In this document: in pieces, positions 61,998 through 64,000 of the stretch
How positions within the stretch are numbered: the stretch's first letter is position 1
Layout of the letters: each line of letters starts with the position of its first letter
DNA from: an uncultured bacterium
GTDB taxonomy: Bacteria > Myxococcota_A > UBA796 > CAJQPC01
Reading direction: 5' to 3'
Length of the DNA: 64,000 bases
Assembly: GCA_905480105.1 (NCBI GenBank)
Contig: CAJQPC010000081.1
Coordinates: 10,496 to 74,495, forward strand
Notes under the pieces: model-generated
Databases searched by the model: none
What the model was told of the DNA's origin: nothing
Seen by the model: only the letters and a program-made list of their open reading frames with translations
Translations under genes and position numbers: made by a program

Positions 61998-63346
61998 TGC
62001 GCGTAGAGGTTGAAGAGCTGGGCTTGGCCCTGGATACAAGCTTTCTGACTCTTGGGGTATCCCCGAGCGCTGCCCATGCTCTGGACTCCATGGCCGCCTT
62101 AGAGGCTGGTGCGATCGCGAATCCTGACCAGGGTCGACAGGTGGGCCACTACTGGCTCAGGTTGGGAAGGCATGCGCCAGAGCACGTGCGCGGGGACATC
62201 AAGGCGCTGCACCGGCAGATCGATTCCTTAGCCAAGGATTGGCCCTTTTCCTCCCTTTTGGTGATCGGCATTGGGGGTTCGGCCCTGGGCCCTCAGCTGG
62301 TGTTGGATGCACTGGGCGGGCGCGCGCGCTTCCTGGACAACACCGACCCTGTTGGCGCGGCGCGGGTGCTGGCTGAGTTGGACCTGAAGACCACAGGTGT
62401 GTTGGTGATCTCCAAGTCTGGAGGAACCAAGGAGACCCGCAACAGCATGTTGCTGGCCCAGTCCGCTTACGGTGCTGCGGGGCTGGACTTTGGAGCCCAT
62501 GCCATTGCGGTCACGGGGCAGGACTCTCTGCTGTTTAAAGCGGCTCAAGGTTGGCGTGCCCGGGTCCCACTGTGGGATTGGGTGGGTGGTAGGACCAGCC
62601 TGCACTCGGCGGTTGGCCTGCTGCCAATGGCGCTGCTGGGTCTGGACTGGCGCGGCTTTTTAGATGGCGCCCGCATTATGGACGCCCGCACCCGCGGGGT
62701 GAGCGAGAATCCAGCCTTGGTCCTGGCGCAGGGCTGGTGGTCGGCTCAAGAAGGTGGCCCCCGAGCCATGGTCATGCTGCCCTACTGCGACCGGCTGGTT
62801 CTGCTCTCCAAATACCTGCAGCAGCTGGTCATGGAGAGCCTAGGCAAGCGGCGGGCCGATGGAGAGCGGGTTGGCTTGACCGTCTACGGCAACAAGGGCA
62901 GCACCGATCAGCATGCCTATGTACAGCAGCTGCGGGATGGGCCCGATGACTTTTTTGCCAGCTTTGTGGCTGTGCTCAGCGACGACCAAGCGGGTGTTTT
63001 GGGCGCTGTCCAGGTCGAGCCGGGGGTGCGGGCAGGGGATTACCTCTTGGGCTTCTTGTTGGGCACCCGAAAGGCGTTGTCGGATGCCGGAAAGCAGTCC
63101 TTGACGCTGGAACTTGAGCAGGTCGATGCACGCAGCTTGGGCGGTTTGATCGCACTGTACGAAAGGGCTGTAGGCTTTTACGCGACCTGGCTTGGAATCA
63201 ATGCCTACAACCAGCCTGGGGTGGAGGCTGGAAAGAAGGCGGCTGAGGAAATGCTGGCATTGCAGGTGCGGATTTTGGCCGGGGAGCCGGCAGAGGGACC
63301 CGACGCGGCGCTCATTCGGCGGCGGCTGGCCCTGACCGGGCGCTGA
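61994..63346 (+). CDS. pgi: Glucose-6-phosphate isomerase
   Basis: [27 protein letters not shown] and [16 protein letters not shown]. The start is GTG 61994 or, more likely, ATG 61997, which overlaps the upstream TGA (TGATG). Confidence 0.9.
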   Translation: MMRVEVEELGLALDTSFLTLGVSPSAAHALDSMAALEAGAIANPDQGRQVGHYWLRLGRHAPEHVRGDIKALHRQIDSLAKDWPFSSLLVIGIGGSALGPQLVLDALGGRARFLDNTDPVGAARVLAELDLKTTGVLVISKSGGTKETRNSMLLAQSAYGAAGLDFGAHAIAVTGQDSLLFKAAQGWRARVPLWDWVGGRTSLHSAVGLLPMALLGLDWRGFLDGARIMDARTRGVSENPALVLAQGWWSAQEGGPRAMVMLPYCDRLVLLSKYLQQLVMESLGKRRADGERVGLTVYGNKGSTDQHAYVQQLRDGPDDFFASFVAVLSDDQAGVLGAVQVEPGVRAGDYLLGFLLGTRKALSDAGKQSLTLELEQVDARSLGGLIALYERAVGFYATWLGINAYNQPGVEAGKKAAEEMLALQVRILAGEPAEGPDAALIRRRLALTGR

Positions 63347-63563
63347 GTCCTGGTTTGGGCTTCCCTGGCACCGGTTCTGTAGGACAAGTCCGGGTGGCGA
63401 CCGCTTGCCGGAAACCTCTGTGGTCTGGTCAGGGCAGAGTGCGAGCTGCCGGCATTTCACGTTCGTTGCGGACTCGTCGCGTGGCTGATTTGAGAGGTGT
63501 CATAGATAGGGGAACATCAGCGCTGCTGATCCAACCAAAACTCGACGCTCCAGAAGGCCTACC

Positions 63564-64000
63564 ATGCCCGACGCATCCGCTCGTTTCTCCGCTGTTGCTT
63601 TAGTCAATTCTCGCCAGCCACGTAGAGTGCAGCGCCCGGTTGGGGCCAATGGCAAGGTGCAAGATGTCGGGGAGCTCTTCGGACAGAAGACCTTCTCCTT
63701 GGAACAGATGGCCGACAAGCTGCCTAGACCTATCTTTAAGCAGCTGGCGGCCACCATCGAAGAGGGCCGCCAGCTGGATCATCCGCTCGCGGTCAGTGTG
63801 GCCCATGCGGTCAAAGATTGGGCGGTGGAGCAAGGCTGCACCCACTTCACCCATTGGTTCCAGCCCATGACGGGCAGCACCGCCGAGAAGCACGATGCCT
63901 TCCTGACCTTCTCCAAGGCAGGACAGGCCATTGAGCGATTTACCGGGGACATGCTCATCCAGTCGGAGCCCGACGCCTCCAGCTTCCCCAGTGGCGGCAT
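63564..64000 (+). CDS. glnN: Glutamine synthetase type III, N-terminal part (3' end outside the window; not in the supplied ORF track)
   Basis: My own translation from the ATG at 63564 reads [11 protein letters not shown]...[82 protein letters not shown]...[19 protein letters not shown](M/L)TGSTAEKHD is the hallmark N-terminal GSIII region. The frame is open to the window end. Confidence 0.85.
   Translation, partial: MPDASARFSAVALVNSRQPRRVQRPVGANGKVQDVGELFGQKTFSLEQMADKLPRPIFKQLAATIEEGRQLDHPLAVSVAHAVKDWAVEQGCTHFTHWFQPMTGSTAEKHDAFLTFSKAGQAIERFTGDMLIQSEPDASSFPSGG

Noticed and set aside
62840-63460. 206-aa minus-strand ORF
   Set aside because: It is antisense to the 3' end of pgi and extends into the spacer. 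No motifs.
63347-63563. Sigma54 promoter (TGGCAC-N5-CTGTA at 63366-63382) or a glutamine riboswitch upstream of glnN
   Set aside because: The -12 element lacks the conserved GC (GT instead) and matches only 3/5. No GGAAGUAGG-type glnA-motif core is present. It is worth a TSS check but is not supportable as a feature.
1-64000. Mobile elements, prophage, defence islands, tRNA/rRNA genes
   Set aside because: No integrase, transposase, recombinase, terminal inverted repeats, cas, restriction-modification or toxin-antitoxin-like genes were recognised. No T-loop/acceptor-like tRNA signatures appear in the intergenic regions. Apart from short AT-rich promoter patches, composition looks uniform by eye.

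Overview
This is 64 kb of high-GC bacterial chromosome, roughly 60-65% GC by eye. I found no rRNA or tRNA genes, no CRISPR array, and no transposase, integrase or phage genes. I call about 57 CDS.

Recognisable housekeeping genes: clpA (3' part, cut by the window start), cobQ, purB (eukaryote-like ADSL type), a rhomboid protease, a TlpA-like thioredoxin, fbaB, class II DAHP synthase, a PiT-like transporter, two SDR-type genes, an AstE/AspA-family hydrolase, an rlmI-like methyltransferase, pncB, slt, a J-domain protein, tpm, an S11 DD-peptidase, a COG0523 GTPase and pgi. A type III glutamine synthetase (glnN) starts at 63564 and runs off the window end. It is missing from the ORF track.

Between these genes sits an unusually dense set of lineage-specific envelope proteins. 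About 24 CDS begin with a lipobox, and many have extremely short, uncharged signal peptides. The domain vocabulary (TSP3 repeats, VWA, IPT/TIG, Kelch, FG-GAP, MopE-like metal-binding motif) suggests a Myxococcota/Bradymonadia-like lineage. That lineage assignment is inference only.

No known defence, secretion, biosynthetic or mobile system is evident. The candidates most worth a second look:
1. A translationally coupled trio of lipoprotein, 11-haem cytochrome c and beta-propeller (9.8-13.3 kb).
2. A four-gene minus-strand surface cluster of lipase-like hydrolase, IPT/TIG-Kelch giant, small beta-barrel OMP and VWA lipoprotein (26.4-33.7 kb).
3. A twice-occurring cassette of beta-propeller lipoprotein plus a sulfatase-fold enzyme with Thr, not Cys/Ser, at the nucleophile position. 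The two copies bracket a GT-C-like membrane protein (45-58 kb).
4. A COG0523 GTPase with an extra C-terminal domain that looks like a molybdopterin-oxidoreductase fold.

Many long ORFs in the track are antisense shadow ORFs typical of high-GC DNA and were rejected. All functional calls rest on motifs read by eye and recalled family knowledge. No searches were run.
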